From: a virus
Length of the DNA: 30,092 bases
Virus genome (UHGV): UHGV-0106597
Direction: 5' to 3' (one strand)
Shown here: positions 1-9,061 of the stretch, one piece after another
Position numbering within the stretch: the stretch's first letter is position 1
Layout of the letters: each line of letters begins with the position of its first letter
Notes under the pieces: model-generated
Told to the model about the DNA's origin: nothing
The model's database searches: none
The model's input: the letters and a program-made list of their open reading frames with translations, nothing else
Position numbers and translations under genes: made by a program

Positions 1-36
1 ATCATCTGCAATGCATTAAGCAGCAGGCAAATTGAG

Positions 37-69
37 GATAAAAAAAACCCCCACATCATGTGGGGGAAG
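37..69. repeat. att core, left copy of a 33-bp direct repeat flanking the prophage (gataaaaaaaacccccacatcatgtgggggaag)
   Basis: Identical 33-mer at 30060..30092; contains a perfect 9-bp hairpin (cccccacat/atgtggggg) next to an A8 run, i.e. a terminator-like structure when read on the minus strand. Confidence 0.8.
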
Positions 70-131
70 ACAGGGATGGTGTCACAAAAAAGCACCTAAC
101 CTGATGATATAAATGGATTTATATCAAGCGC

Positions 132-150
132 TGTCCACATAGCGTCCACA
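132..150. promoter_or_regulatory. Putative integrase arm-type binding sites: two direct copies of GTCCACA (reverse complement TGTGGAC) one helical turn apart
   Basis: tgtccacatagcgtccaca; an almost identical pair sits at 29959..29977 at the other prophage end. Confidence 0.55.
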
Positions 151-164
151 TCGACCATAAATAA

Positions 165-184
165 AGCCCCTCAACTGAGGGGCT
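165..184 (-). terminator. Rho-independent terminator downstream of ogr (hairpin flanked by A/T runs on both sides, possibly bidirectional)
   Basis: agcccctca-ac-tgaggggct followed by attttt on plus and preceded by aaataaa. Confidence 0.6.
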
Positions 185-194
185 ATTTTTGTGA

Positions 195-413
195 TCACAT
201 CCACATAATTTGCTGCCCTGACGGCAACGGGTGCGGCCTCACGGCGTGGACTTCTCCCGGCTTCACGATGTATCGCTGTACCGACTCATAAGTGATGAAC
301 GTGGCGCTGCAATTCACGTTCTGGCACTGGTGATAACGCTCTTTTGTCGTGTCAGTGATATAGCGGCTTGTACGCGCATGTGCGGCATGCTGGCATAAAG
401 GACAATGAAACAT
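195..413 (-). CDS. ogr: Late transcription activator Ogr, zinc-finger protein (72 aa)
   Basis: Translation MFHCPLCQHAAHARTSRYITDTTKERYHQCQNVNCSATF... recognised as P2 Ogr with its C4 cysteines; ATG at 413..411 chosen over the TTG-initiated longer track ORF. Confidence 0.9.
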   Translation of the reverse strand: MFHCPLCQHAAHARTSRYITDTTKERYHQCQNVNCSATFITYESVQRYIVKPGEVHAVRPHPLPSGQQIMWM

Positions 414-494
414 CGCGAGCACCTCTTCCGGTTTTGTTGATGGTGCCATTTTAGTTAATTTATCCTTATAAAACAAACAGATAAAATAAAAACA

Positions 495-1658
495 TCACTC
501 ATCATCTTCTGTTTCGTACTCCACATCAGAAAGCCTGACCTCAAGCTCTAAGGACGTCGTGAAACCGCTATTATTCAGAAAATGTGTCACCTTAGTGATT
601 GTCCAGTCCTGCTCGTCTATGACGCGCTTAAAGCCTGACACTTTGACCGGCGTTTCCGTGTAAATATCTGCCCGACCAGTAGCCAGACTGATGGAGAACT
701 CCGCAACGCCCCGTTGCAGCTTATCCCACTTTGCCTGAGCGGCGCGCATGGCCTGCGCTTTTGTGGCATATACCGTAGTCAGGGCAAAAACGTTGTCAGC
801 TTCACCGGCCATGTATTCACCTTCGCGCGCTTCCGGTACTTTTGGCGCTTTCTTCTGCGTGACCGGTTTCGCTTTGGGGTGCTCCAGTGCGCGCAGGTGT
901 TTCTCTTTCTTTTTGCGTTTCAGTTTTACCTTCTGCTTTTGCGGCTTCGGGTCTTTGGTGTGTAACCACTTTGCCGTTACGCCGGTGTAAGCTCCACGGT
1001 CAGCAATCGCAAAATGATGACGGTCGCCGTCGCTGCGGGTGATGGTAATCTGCGGGATTTTTTTACCGCTGGCCGTCACCCCCTGCCCCGCTTTGAGAAA
1101 CAGCAGTTTTCCCATTTTTACCGACACCTCACCGCCGTTGCGTTCAGCAAGGCGGGTCAGGAATTTCGCATCAGACTCCTGCGACTGGTCGATATGCGGA
1201 ATTTTAATTCCGGCCAGTGACGGCGCGACACTGGCTTCCAGCCTGTTACGGGAGGCTATCGCCTCAACAATCGCGCCGAGCGTGGTGTCATGCCAGGAGC
1301 CTTCCCGGCGGGAATTAAGCGTCCCGCGGAAATCTGCACTCCGGGCGCGGATGGTAACCACATCCGGCGCGCCCCGGTGTTCAACCTCATCAACGGTAAA
1401 TTTCCCTTTGCATACCAGGGCAAAACCTTTCCAGCCGATATACACCGTCAGGACAGCGCCACGAATCGGTAGCCCGACCTGCCCGTCGGCGTCGTTCAGT
1501 TCAATATCAAGCTGGTCAGCCTCAAAGCCCCGGTTATCCGTCAGGGTCATGCTCATCAGACGGTCGCTGATATTGCCGGTAATATCCCTGCTGTCGAGCA
1601 TCAGCATGTAATCCGGCGTCAGCGTACTGCCTGCATCAAATGTCAGCGCATCCAGCAT
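495..1658 (-). CDS. D: Tail protein D (late gene D)
   Basis: 387-aa product with lysine-rich central linker; position between U and ogr as in P2; start overlaps U stop (TAATG). Confidence 0.85.
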   Translation of the reverse strand: MLDALTFDAGSTLTPDYMLMLDSRDITGNISDRLMSMTLTDNRGFEADQLDIELNDADGQVGLPIRGAVLTVYIGWKGFALVCKGKFTVDEVEHRGAPDVVTIRARSADFRGTLNSRREGSWHDTTLGAIVEAIASRNRLEASVAPSLAGIKIPHIDQSQESDAKFLTRLAERNGGEVSVKMGKLLFLKAGQGVTASGKKIPQITITRSDGDRHHFAIADRGAYTGVTAKWLHTKDPKPQKQKVKLKRKKKEKHLRALEHPKAKPVTQKKAPKVPEAREGEYMAGEADNVFALTTVYATKAQAMRAAQAKWDKLQRGVAEFSISLATGRADIYTETPVKVSGFKRVIDEQDWTITKVTHFLNNSGFTTSLELEVRLSDVEYETEDDE

Positions 1659-2137
1659 TATCCCGCCTCCGTCATACCCGTGAATTTAGTCGCTATACTG
1701 CCAGCCTTACCGATGAGCGATTCCGCCTGTTTACCGATATCGCCATAAAGCGCGGCCAGTGATTCATCAACGCGGGTGAGCGACAGCGTAAAATCAATTT
1801 TTCGGGGTGTGCCGTCTGCAAAGAAAATACTCCCTGTTTCACTCACCTTACTGATGACATACATGCCGTAAATCATGCCGGTGCCATCCAGCAACGGCCA
1901 CGCCCGACCTTCCTCTGCCATCAGCCTGAGCGTGGTCATCGTCAGCTTGCCGCCGGTCAGTTCGGGATAAAGCACACCGGCCAGCGTGATGTTTTCCTCA
2001 CCCACACCGAGAAATTGAAAGGCATCCCGTTTGCCGATACGGGAATTTGACGGCCAGCGATAATCTGATTCACGCTGCATGGTCTGGTGTGGCAGCGTCT
2101 GGCGCATAAAAACAAACATACCTAACGCGAGCATCAT
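1658..2137 (-). CDS. U: Tail protein U
   Basis: 159-aa product, P2 gpU-like, immediately downstream of tape measure gene. Confidence 0.85.
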   Translation of the reverse strand: MMLALGMFVFMRQTLPHQTMQRESDYRWPSNSRIGKRDAFQFLGVGEENITLAGVLYPELTGGKLTMTTLRLMAEEGRAWPLLDGTGMIYGMYVISKVSETGSIFFADGTPRKIDFTLSLTRVDESLAALYGDIGKQAESLIGKAGSIATKFTGMTEAG

Positions 2138-2151
2138 TTTTCGTCACCTCC

Positions 2152-4599
2152 TTAACCGTCATGCATCATGCTGGCACGGGCGCGCGCACGTTTATCCCGC
2201 TCGTATTTTTCGAGTGCATCCTGTAACTGGCGGTCGAGCTGTGTCCCCGGCGCAGTACCGCCCGTCAGGTTGATGTGATATTCGTTTTTACTCTGGTCCA
2301 CATAAGAGCGGCCAGCCGGTGCCGTGACCGGCTGATAAGCCTGATAACCTGCATAAGAGCTGGCCGCCGGAATATAACCACCGGTGCCATACGTGGCGGC
2401 ATGAGTTCTGGCGGCGGTCTGGTCAAGCGTGCCTGACTCTTTGTTGATGACGCCAAGTTTTTCCAGTACCCAGTCAATACCGCCGCGCAGTTTGTTGAAC
2501 GCATTAAGCGGCAGCATCAGCGCGTCAGCCAGTGCCTGCCCGAACATGACGCCCGTGTCACGGCAACGGTTCAGGGTGTCCTGGGTGGCTTTGACCGGGG
2601 CAATCAGGTTTTTAAACCACTGCCACGCGGCCTGTAACTTTTCGCCCAGCCAGTCGAACACCGGCTTAAGTGGCGTGAACAGTTCCCCCACCGGCGCAAA
2701 TGCCGCTTTCAGCCCTTCCACCACACCGCCAAAGAATGCGCTGACAGGCTCCCAGTATTTACGGATAAGCAACGCCCCGGCGACAATGGCGGCCACCACG
2801 GCCACAACCGGCCAGCTAATCGCCCCGATGGCGGTCATAACAGCACTGCCAACCGTCGTGAAGACTGCCCCCATTGCGCCTGCTGCCGCGATGATGGCAT
2901 TGATGCCAGTGATAACCGGCCAGGCTACAAGACCAATGGCACCGATGATGCCAATAAGCGCCAGCGCGCCACCGACAATGAGGCCGATGGTTGACGCCAG
3001 TGATTTGTTTTTCTGGATCCAGCCGTCGAGTTTTAACACATACTTTGTGGCCGTCTGCGTGAGCTTACGCAGTGCGCCTTCCTGCTGGTCAAACAGGTCT
3101 GTCCCCACCGCCTCATAAGCGGACTGAAACTCCTTAAAGTCACCGCCGAGGTTGTCCTGCATGATATTTACCAGCTCGGCAGTCTTCCCGTCTGAGGCTT
3201 TAAACGCAGCGGTCAGTTTGTCCAGCTTTCCGGTTGAGGCGGCAGTCATCAGCACGGCGGCGGCTGAGCTGGCCTCCTCCCCGAAAATAGTTTTCATGTA
3301 TTCAGCCTGCTGGGCAGTACCGAGCCGGTTTTTCTCAAAACTGGCCTGCATTTCTTTCAGAATGGTAAATACTGGCCGGGTGTTTCCCTTGCTGTCTGAG
3401 GTTTTCACACCAAGCTCTTTCAGTGCATCCCATGCTTTTCCCGTCGGTGCCTGCAGGCGGCTTAACACGGCACGGCTTCCCGTCCCCGCCATTGAGCCTG
3501 TGATTTTTGCATCATGCAGCGCCCCGACCATTGCGGCGGTTTCTTCAATGCTGACACCGGCATTTTTTGCCACAGGTGCGGCATAGGTCAGCGCATCGCT
3601 CATGCCGTCAAAATCGGCGGCGGTTTTGTTCATCGTCATGGAGAGAACATCCCCGATATGAGCGACCTTATCGTTTGAAAGCTGAAAGGCGGATTTCATC
3701 CCCATCAGCAGGGCGGCGTTTTCTTCCATCGTGCGGCGGTTCGCCAGCGCCATGTTCAGCGTGACCGGCGTTGCCGCCTGAATGGCATCAACATCCCCAC
3801 CGGCTTTCGCAATAATAATCTGCGCACCGGCCGCATCATCCGCCGAGGCGGCGGTATTGTCGCCGAGCTGGCGCGCCTGTTTGCGTAGCGCGGCCATTTC
3901 GGCGGAATCTTTTGCCACACCGAGCACGGCCTGCAATTCTGAGTTTTTCTGCGCAAACTCATAACCGGGCATCAGCAGCTTAACTCCGGCCATCGTTCCC
4001 GCCGCCGCAATCCCCACACCGGCAGCGCCCACCGAGGCCATATTTCCGGCCAGTTCCTTGCCTGCCTGATAACGCTGTTTGACTGCGTTAAGTTTTGCCT
4101 GTTGCGCACTGACACGCGCCAGCGCGTCGCGCTGACGGTTAAGCTGTGCGGTGGTTTCACTGATACGGTTTTTCAGTCCCTGCTCATCATGTGCAAGATT
4201 GCGGGTATTAATTCCCACAGCGGCCAGTTCCCGCTGCTGGCGCTTAACGGAATCCGTCAGGCGGTTATATTTCGCCTGTAAGTCCTCCGCCGCACGCTTT
4301 GCGGATTCCAGCACTTTCGCCTGAGCACGGGTCGGACGTTCGGTGTTTTTAAACTGTGTGGCAAGGGCTTCAGCTTCCTGCCGAGCCTTTTCAAGTGCAT
4401 GACCAGTCACGGCGAGCTGTGCGCTGGTCTTGCGAAATCCCTCAATACGGGATGCCTGACCGTTCAGCTCGCGCAGTGATTTTTGTGTTTCCCGGATATC
4501 CCCCGACAGCGATTTGCTCGCTGTGCGGATGGATTTAAACGGGCGGGATGCCTGGTCAACAGCCCTGAGCAATACCTGTAATTTTACATTGTTACTCAT
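2152..4599 (-). CDS. T: Tail tape measure protein T
   Basis: 815-aa product with coiled-coil N-terminal part and Gly/Ala-rich hydrophobic central segments; same length as P2 gpT. Confidence 0.9.
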   Translation of the reverse strand: MSNNVKLQVLLRAVDQASRPFKSIRTASKSLSGDIRETQKSLRELNGQASRIEGFRKTSAQLAVTGHALEKARQEAEALATQFKNTERPTRAQAKVLESAKRAAEDLQAKYNRLTDSVKRQQRELAAVGINTRNLAHDEQGLKNRISETTAQLNRQRDALARVSAQQAKLNAVKQRYQAGKELAGNMASVGAAGVGIAAAGTMAGVKLLMPGYEFAQKNSELQAVLGVAKDSAEMAALRKQARQLGDNTAASADDAAGAQIIIAKAGGDVDAIQAATPVTLNMALANRRTMEENAALLMGMKSAFQLSNDKVAHIGDVLSMTMNKTAADFDGMSDALTYAAPVAKNAGVSIEETAAMVGALHDAKITGSMAGTGSRAVLSRLQAPTGKAWDALKELGVKTSDSKGNTRPVFTILKEMQASFEKNRLGTAQQAEYMKTIFGEEASSAAAVLMTAASTGKLDKLTAAFKASDGKTAELVNIMQDNLGGDFKEFQSAYEAVGTDLFDQQEGALRKLTQTATKYVLKLDGWIQKNKSLASTIGLIVGGALALIGIIGAIGLVAWPVITGINAIIAAAGAMGAVFTTVGSAVMTAIGAISWPVVAVVAAIVAGALLIRKYWEPVSAFFGGVVEGLKAAFAPVGELFTPLKPVFDWLGEKLQAAWQWFKNLIAPVKATQDTLNRCRDTGVMFGQALADALMLPLNAFNKLRGGIDWVLEKLGVINKESGTLDQTAARTHAATYGTGGYIPAASSYAGYQAYQPVTAPAGRSYVDQSKNEYHINLTGGTAPGTQLDRQLQDALEKYERDKRARARASMMHDG

Positions 4600-5019
4600 T
4601 CGTGTTTCCGCTTCGCCGGAGCGCCTTTTCGCGCCATGTGATGAGTTCGGTCAGGCTCATGGGATACAGTTCTGATGGCGGCCAGTGAAATATCACTGCC
4701 ACATCCGCCATCAGGTCATCGACCGAGAGATTTTTCGGAAACGTTACTGCACCGAGTTCGGCGACAAAAAACCGACCACCTTACCGGCCAGCGCCACAAG
4801 GTCAGGCAGTTCCAGCGCGGCGACTTCCTGCTCGGTCAGCATCGGTGCCGTCATGCGCGGCAGCACCTTAATCAGTGCATCGACTTCAGAGTTCGCGACC
4901 GCAGCCAGACTGACACCGCGCAGCGTCCCGGCATTGGGTTTCATCAGCGTGACCTGTTCGATAACCTGCTCACCACGCTTGACCGGATTGTCCAGGGTAA
5001 TCACATTTTCTTTGTTCAT
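4592..5019 (-). CDS. Tail assembly chaperone E+E', made by programmed -1 ribosomal frameshift (about 142 aa)
   Basis: Hand translation of the -1 frame after TTTTTTG gives ...VAELGAVTFPKNLSVDDLMADVAVIFHWPPSELYPMSLTELITWREKALRRSGNTNE and a TAA at 4594..4592, overlapping the T start codon. Confidence 0.75.
4744..5019 (-). CDS. E: Tail assembly chaperone E
   Basis: 91-aa product between FII and T; ends ...VVGFLSPNSVQ with the slippery site near its 3' end. Confidence 0.85.
   Translation of the reverse strand: MNKENVITLDNPVKRGEQVIEQVTLMKPNAGTLRGVSLAAVANSEVDALIKVLPRMTAPMLTEQEVAALELPDLVALAGKVVGFLSPNSVQ
4765..4771 (-). other. Slippery heptamer T TTT TTG for the E/E' -1 frameshift
   Basis: Minus-strand sequence GGTCGG TTTTTTG TCGCC, 6 codons before the E stop. 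Confidence 0.75.
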
Positions 5020-5075
5020 GGTTTTCTCACTTATGAATCGGGGTTAACCGGTCAGCCAGGCTGACCGGATGAAAA

Positions 5076-5594
5076 TCACAGGCCGATATTGCGGCGGTGT
5101 TGCTCCAGCCGGTCGACGCCGTTCACCTTCTCAATCATGTTGATGGTGTCGATTTCGACCAGCTCCTTACCGTCCATCGTCAGCCGGAAATAGGTGCAGA
5201 CCACGGAGATTTTCGACTCGGTGTCTTCTCCCTGTTTGCCCTCGCCGGTGTCGATTTCTTTCTGACGTCCACGCATGACCACCTCGACGGCCACCGTTTC
5301 GCCGGTATCGTCGCGCTGGTAAGAGCCTGCAAAACGAATCGGTACGGCATCCACACCGGTTGCGGCGTAAAGCTCCCAGATAACCGAATCCGGGAAGCCA
5401 CCGAGCGACCACTCCATTGACAGCGCATCGTCATCAAGGCCGAGGTCTACCGGTGCGCTGCCGTTCATCCCCGCACCGCGATAGTTTTCGAGCTTACGGG
5501 TCAGTTTTGGCAGCGTAACGGACTTCGCGACGCCCTGATAGCTGTAGCCGTTCAGAAAGACGTTCATTAACTTGAGTTTGCGCGGCATTGCCAT
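5076..5594 (-). CDS. FII: Tail tube protein FII
   Basis: 172-aa product, P2 FII-like, downstream of sheath gene. Confidence 0.9.
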   Translation of the reverse strand: MAMPRKLKLMNVFLNGYSYQGVAKSVTLPKLTRKLENYRGAGMNGSAPVDLGLDDDALSMEWSLGGFPDSVIWELYAATGVDAVPIRFAGSYQRDDTGETVAVEVVMRGRQKEIDTGEGKQGEDTESKISVVCTYFRLTMDGKELVEIDTINMIEKVNGVDRLEQHRRNIGL

Positions 5595-5606
5595 CGGTCA
5601 GGCTCC

Positions 5607-6797
5607 TTAATTGCTGTTAACCGAGGTGACCAGATTTGCCAGGTATTTATCGGTAATACGCTGGCGCAGGGTCAGGTTTTCAAGAGGAGGCACCGGTGTA
5701 TAGTCGTAGTCGATATACAGTTTTCCGGCCTTGAGGGTTTCCGCATCGTTGGATTCTTCGCTGAACCAGCAGGTCGCATCCACGATATAGCCGTTTGTTT
5801 TCAGCTCACGGAATTTGGCATTGATGCCGTCAACGATGTCGCGAATCAGCGTTGCGGTGATGGGCTTGTCCACCGCCCACATGTGCGCCTCAGCCATCGT
5901 GTCGGCCAGCACCTGCGCGGTGCGGGTGTAGTTTTCAAAGAGGAACAGCGGGTCATCAGAGCAGGTACGGTTACCCCAGAATCGGAAACCGTCGCGGCGA
6001 ATCAGCGTAGTGACGCCTGACTCGTTAAGCAGGTCAGCATCGGTGCCGGACTCCTGCAAATCCCAGAATACAGAGGCGCTGATGCCGGTAACACCGTTTA
6101 CCCCGACGTTGGACAGCGTTTTATGCCAGCCCTGCTCCTGGTCGATTTTAGCGCGCAGCCCCAGCGCACGAGCGGTGGCATACGCGGTGGCGGTGGTACT
6201 GGTGACCGTATCCCATGCGAGGAAATCCGGCCAGATGACCATCAGCTCACGCTGGCTGAAATTCTGGCGGTAGGCTTTCACCTCGGAAATGGTCTTACAG
6301 CCCCATGCGCTGATATACCCGAAAGCGCGCAGCTTCTGACAGACTGATGCCAGTGCTACAGCCACCTCTTTGGTATCCAGTCCCGGCACACCAAGAATAC
6401 GCGGTTTAACACCGGTTACCGACTCCGCCGCCAGCAGGGCTTTCAGTCCGGTGTACTGACCGTTTTCGTCGGTGGTGCCGATGATATTGGAAACGGTCTG
6501 CGCAAGTTTCGTTTCTTCGTCGTCGCCGGTGCCGTCCTCCACGCGCACAACAACGGTGACCGGTTTTGACTGGTCGGCGATAGCCTGCAACGATGCCGCC
6601 AGCGTGCCTTTTTTACCGGCCTTTGCAATTGCGCTCTGCACATTGGTAATCAGCACCGGTTTATTGAGGGGGAAGGTTTCCGCATCCGCATCGCTGGCCG
6701 TGCAGACCATGCCAACAATGGCAGTGGATACGGTGGAAATGACGCGGGTGCCGTCGTTAATCTCCAGCACCTGCACGCCGTGATGATAGTCACTCAT
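5607..6797 (-). CDS. FI: Contractile tail sheath protein FI
   Basis: 396-aa product, P2 FI-like. Confidence 0.9.
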   Translation of the reverse strand: MSDYHHGVQVLEINDGTRVISTVSTAIVGMVCTASDADAETFPLNKPVLITNVQSAIAKAGKKGTLAASLQAIADQSKPVTVVVRVEDGTGDDEETKLAQTVSNIIGTTDENGQYTGLKALLAAESVTGVKPRILGVPGLDTKEVAVALASVCQKLRAFGYISAWGCKTISEVKAYRQNFSQRELMVIWPDFLAWDTVTSTTATAYATARALGLRAKIDQEQGWHKTLSNVGVNGVTGISASVFWDLQESGTDADLLNESGVTTLIRRDGFRFWGNRTCSDDPLFLFENYTRTAQVLADTMAEAHMWAVDKPITATLIRDIVDGINAKFRELKTNGYIVDATCWFSEESNDAETLKAGKLYIDYDYTPVPPLENLTLRQRITDKYLANLVTSVNSN

Positions 6798-6856
6798 CCG
6801 TTTAACTCCGTGGTTAATGGGTGAGTGGTATTTTCAGTTGTGCCGGAGATGTCAGG

Positions 6857-7450
6857 CTATTTGTCCCGGTTGGCTAAGGGATGACACAATTTATTCTTTG
6901 TCGCTGATGAGGGGAATTTCTTATAGAGCGTGGACAGGCTAATATCAAAAATCAGCGCCACGCGTTGACGAGATTCCCCCGCAGCCAGCAACCGTCCGAC
7001 CTGCTCCCACTCACTCGCGGTGAGTTTCGGACGTCTGCCACCAATACGACCTTTGGCTCTGGCCGCTTCCAGTCCGGCGCGTGTCCGCTCGACAATGAGT
7101 TCTCGCTCCATTTCAGCCAGGGCACCCATCACATGAAAGAAAAAACGCCCCATCGGCGTGCTGGTATCAATAGCATCCGTCAGACTGCGAAAATTAACGC
7201 CGCGTTCGCGCAGTTCCTCAACCAGAATGACCAGATGCCGCATACTACGCCCCAGCCTGTCCAGCTTCCAGACTACCAGAGTGTCACCTGCTGATAATGT
7301 TCTGAGCAGTTTTTTCAGTCCCGGTCTGTCGGACTTCGTGCCGCTGATTTTATCCTCAAAAATCCGCTCGCATCCTGCGCACTCCAGCGCGTTACGCTGC
7401 AATTCCGTGTTCTGGTCATTTGTTGATACGCGGACATAGCCAATAAGCAT
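6857..7450 (-). CDS. Serine DNA invertase, Hin/Gin/Cin/Pin family
   Basis: N-terminal MLIGYVRVSTNDQ (catalytic Ser motif), resolvase core, C-terminal HTH (...GRRPKLT...STLYKKFP); lies directly beside the invertible segment. Confidence 0.9.
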   Translation of the reverse strand: MLIGYVRVSTNDQNTELQRNALECAGCERIFEDKISGTKSDRPGLKKLLRTLSAGDTLVVWKLDRLGRSMRHLVILVEELRERGVNFRSLTDAIDTSTPMGRFFFHVMGALAEMERELIVERTRAGLEAARAKGRIGGRRPKLTASEWEQVGRLLAAGESRQRVALIFDISLSTLYKKFPSSATKNKLCHPLANRDK

Positions 7451-7505
7451 GATGGATCCCCTGAATAAAAACCGGGGATGATGCCAGTTAGCCGTAATCT
7501 CTGCA

Positions 7506-7531
7506 TTTTCTTAAACGTTGGTTTAGGAGAA
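7506..7531. other. Invertase crossover site, invertase-proximal (hix/gix-like 26-bp imperfect palindrome, core TT at 7518..7519)
   Basis: TTTTCTTAAACG TT GGTTTAGGAGAA; inner half matches the inner half of the site at 9352..9377 in inverted orientation (11/12). Confidence 0.7.
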
Positions 7532-8029
7532 GGCTCAGCATTGCCTGTTGGCGTACCTGTTCCGTGGCCCTCAGCCACTCCGCCAACAGGCTGGCTGAAA
7601 TGCAACGGAGCAGCTTTTTCTGCTGAAGAATACCCGGAACTGGCAAAGGCTTACCCGACAAATAAATTGCCTGATTTACGTGGTGAGTTTATTCGTGGCT
7701 GGGATGACGGACGTGGTATGGATACGGGGAGGGCAATATTATCAGCTCAGGGCGATGCCATACGTAATATCTATGGTGAGTTCAAGACTGTAAACACCGA
7801 AAATTATTCAATATGGGAATCAGTAGGCTCTTTTAAGGGGGCAGTGGTGCCTTTGAACCCCTCAACGAACAATAGTTATTTCTCCTTAATCAGAAGTATG
7901 GTGACAGAAAGAACAGATGGCGCTGTTTACCCAAAAGTGATTGGCCTTGATGCTTCAAGAATTGTTCCAACTGCAAACGAAAACCGACCTCGTAACATTG
8001 CCTTTAATTATATCGTGAGGGCTGCCTGA
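7520..8029 (+). CDS. Alternative tail fibre C-terminal segment (Sv'-like), promoterless and silent in this orientation; contains a phage tail collar-type domain
   Basis: Reading frame opens at the crossover site (..GLGEGSALPVGVPVPWPSATPPTGW...); in-frame fusion to H constant part is predicted after inversion. Confidence 0.7.
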   Translation, partial: GLGEGSALPVGVPVPWPSATPPTGWLKCNGAAFSAEEYPELAKAYPTNKLPDLRGEFIRGWDDGRGMDTGRAILSAQGDAIRNIYGEFKTVNTENYSIWESVGSFKGAVVPLNPSTNNSYFSLIRSMVTERTDGAVYPKVIGLDASRIVPTANENRPRNIAFNYIVRAA

Positions 8030-8631
8030 TGAATAAAGCCGTATTAAATAACGAACTCATTGCCATAAAAGCGGGAGACATAACCGTTTATAATTATGAT
8101 GGTGAAACGCGGGAATATATTTCCACATCAACTGAATATCTTGCGGTTGGCGTCGGTATACCGGCATGTTCTTGTTTAGATGCACCAGTTACACATAAAG
8201 CTGGTTATGCAATCTGCCGTTCTGCAGATTTTAACTCATGGGAATATGTGCCAGACCATCGCGGTGAAATCATCTATAGCACCGAAACAGGAGAATCGAA
8301 AGAAATCACAGCTCCGGGTGATTACCCTGAAAATACAACCACTATCGCCCCGTTAACGCCATATGATAAATGGGATGGTGAGAAATGGGTGACGGATACC
8401 GGGGCACAGCATAGCGCCGCAGTAGATGCAGCAGAAGCACAGCGCCAGTCGCTGATTGATACTGCAATGGCTTCCATCAGTCTGATTCAACTGAAATTGC
8501 AGGCCGGACGTAAACTGACGCAGGCAGAAACCACCCGACTTAACGCTGTGCTGGATTACATTGACGCGGTGACGGCAACAGATACCAGCACCGCGCCGGA
8601 TGTCATCTGGCCTGAACTGCCGGAGGCGTAG
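8029..8631 (+). CDS. Alternative tail fibre assembly chaperone (U'-like)
   Basis: 200-aa product with Tfa-like conserved C-terminus (...DTSTAPDVIWPELPEA); start overlaps Sv' stop (TGATG). Confidence 0.75.
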   Translation: MNKAVLNNELIAIKAGDITVYNYDGETREYISTSTEYLAVGVGIPACSCLDAPVTHKAGYAICRSADFNSWEYVPDHRGEIIYSTETGESKEITAPGDYPENTTTIAPLTPYDKWDGEKWVTDTGAQHSAAVDAAEAQRQSLIDTAMASISLIQLKLQAGRKLTQAETTRLNAVLDYIDAVTATDTSTAPDVIWPELPEA

Positions 8632-9061
8632 GCCATTCAATATCTGGCGCACTGGAGGTATCAACCAGTTCCAGTGCGTTCAGATAATCCAGCCACAAAT
8701 TATATTGCGCCAGTTCCTCACCATTCAGACGACCAATAGCCGCTTTACCAGGCCATTGTTTACTGTTCATGTATTCGTTGGCATGGTTAATCAATAATTG
8801 CCTCTCTGATTCGGCCTGTTCAATAAGTTCCTCATGTGATGGTGGAGGTATTTCAACCCATGCAGGATTGCCATAACCGTCCGACCCTCTGATTTTTCCA
8901 GTCGGCGGGAATCCTAAAAACTCGGTTGCATCCTCCTCGCTAATATCAGTGAATGTGGCGATTTCATCTTCGCTCAATTTATAATCGGAAATTGACGCAG
9001 CAGGATAGAATAATGCATTCTTTGGATCAAATTTATACATTTCAATCACCCCGCTATCCAT
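8603..9061 (-). CDS. G: Tail fibre assembly chaperone (P2 G / Mu U-like), active orientation
   Basis: 152-aa product ending ...DTSSAPDIEWPTPPAVQAR; 3' end overlaps the convergent U' gene by 29 bp. Confidence 0.8.
   Translation of the reverse strand: MDSGVIEMYKFDPKNALFYPAASISDYKLSEDEIATFTDISEEDATEFLGFPPTGKIRGSDGYGNPAWVEIPPPSHEELIEQAESERQLLINHANEYMNSKQWPGKAAIGRLNGEELAQYNLWLDYLNALELVDTSSAPDIEWPTPPAVQAR

Noticed and set aside
195-476. Longer track ORFs with N-terminal extensions (ogr 93 aa, X 90 aa, L 189 aa, O 306 aa, P 600 aa, A 775 aa)
   Set aside because: The extended forms begin at non-ATG codons (for example TTG at 476 and 26487); the internal ATG starts give products that match known P2 N-termini and lengths.
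1039-1611. 190-aa ORF on the plus strand inside gene D
   Set aside because: Antisense shadow ORF fully inside a recognisable tail gene in GC-rich sequence; Ser/Pro/Arg-rich low-complexity translation.
2429-3586. 229-aa and 144-aa plus-strand ORFs inside the tape measure gene T
   Set aside because: Antisense shadow ORFs with low-complexity translations.
6798-6860. Search for Ogr-type TGT-N12-ACA late promoter boxes upstream of FI, V and O/P
   Set aside because: Only partial matches with wrong spacing were seen by eye, so no specific late promoter is annotated.
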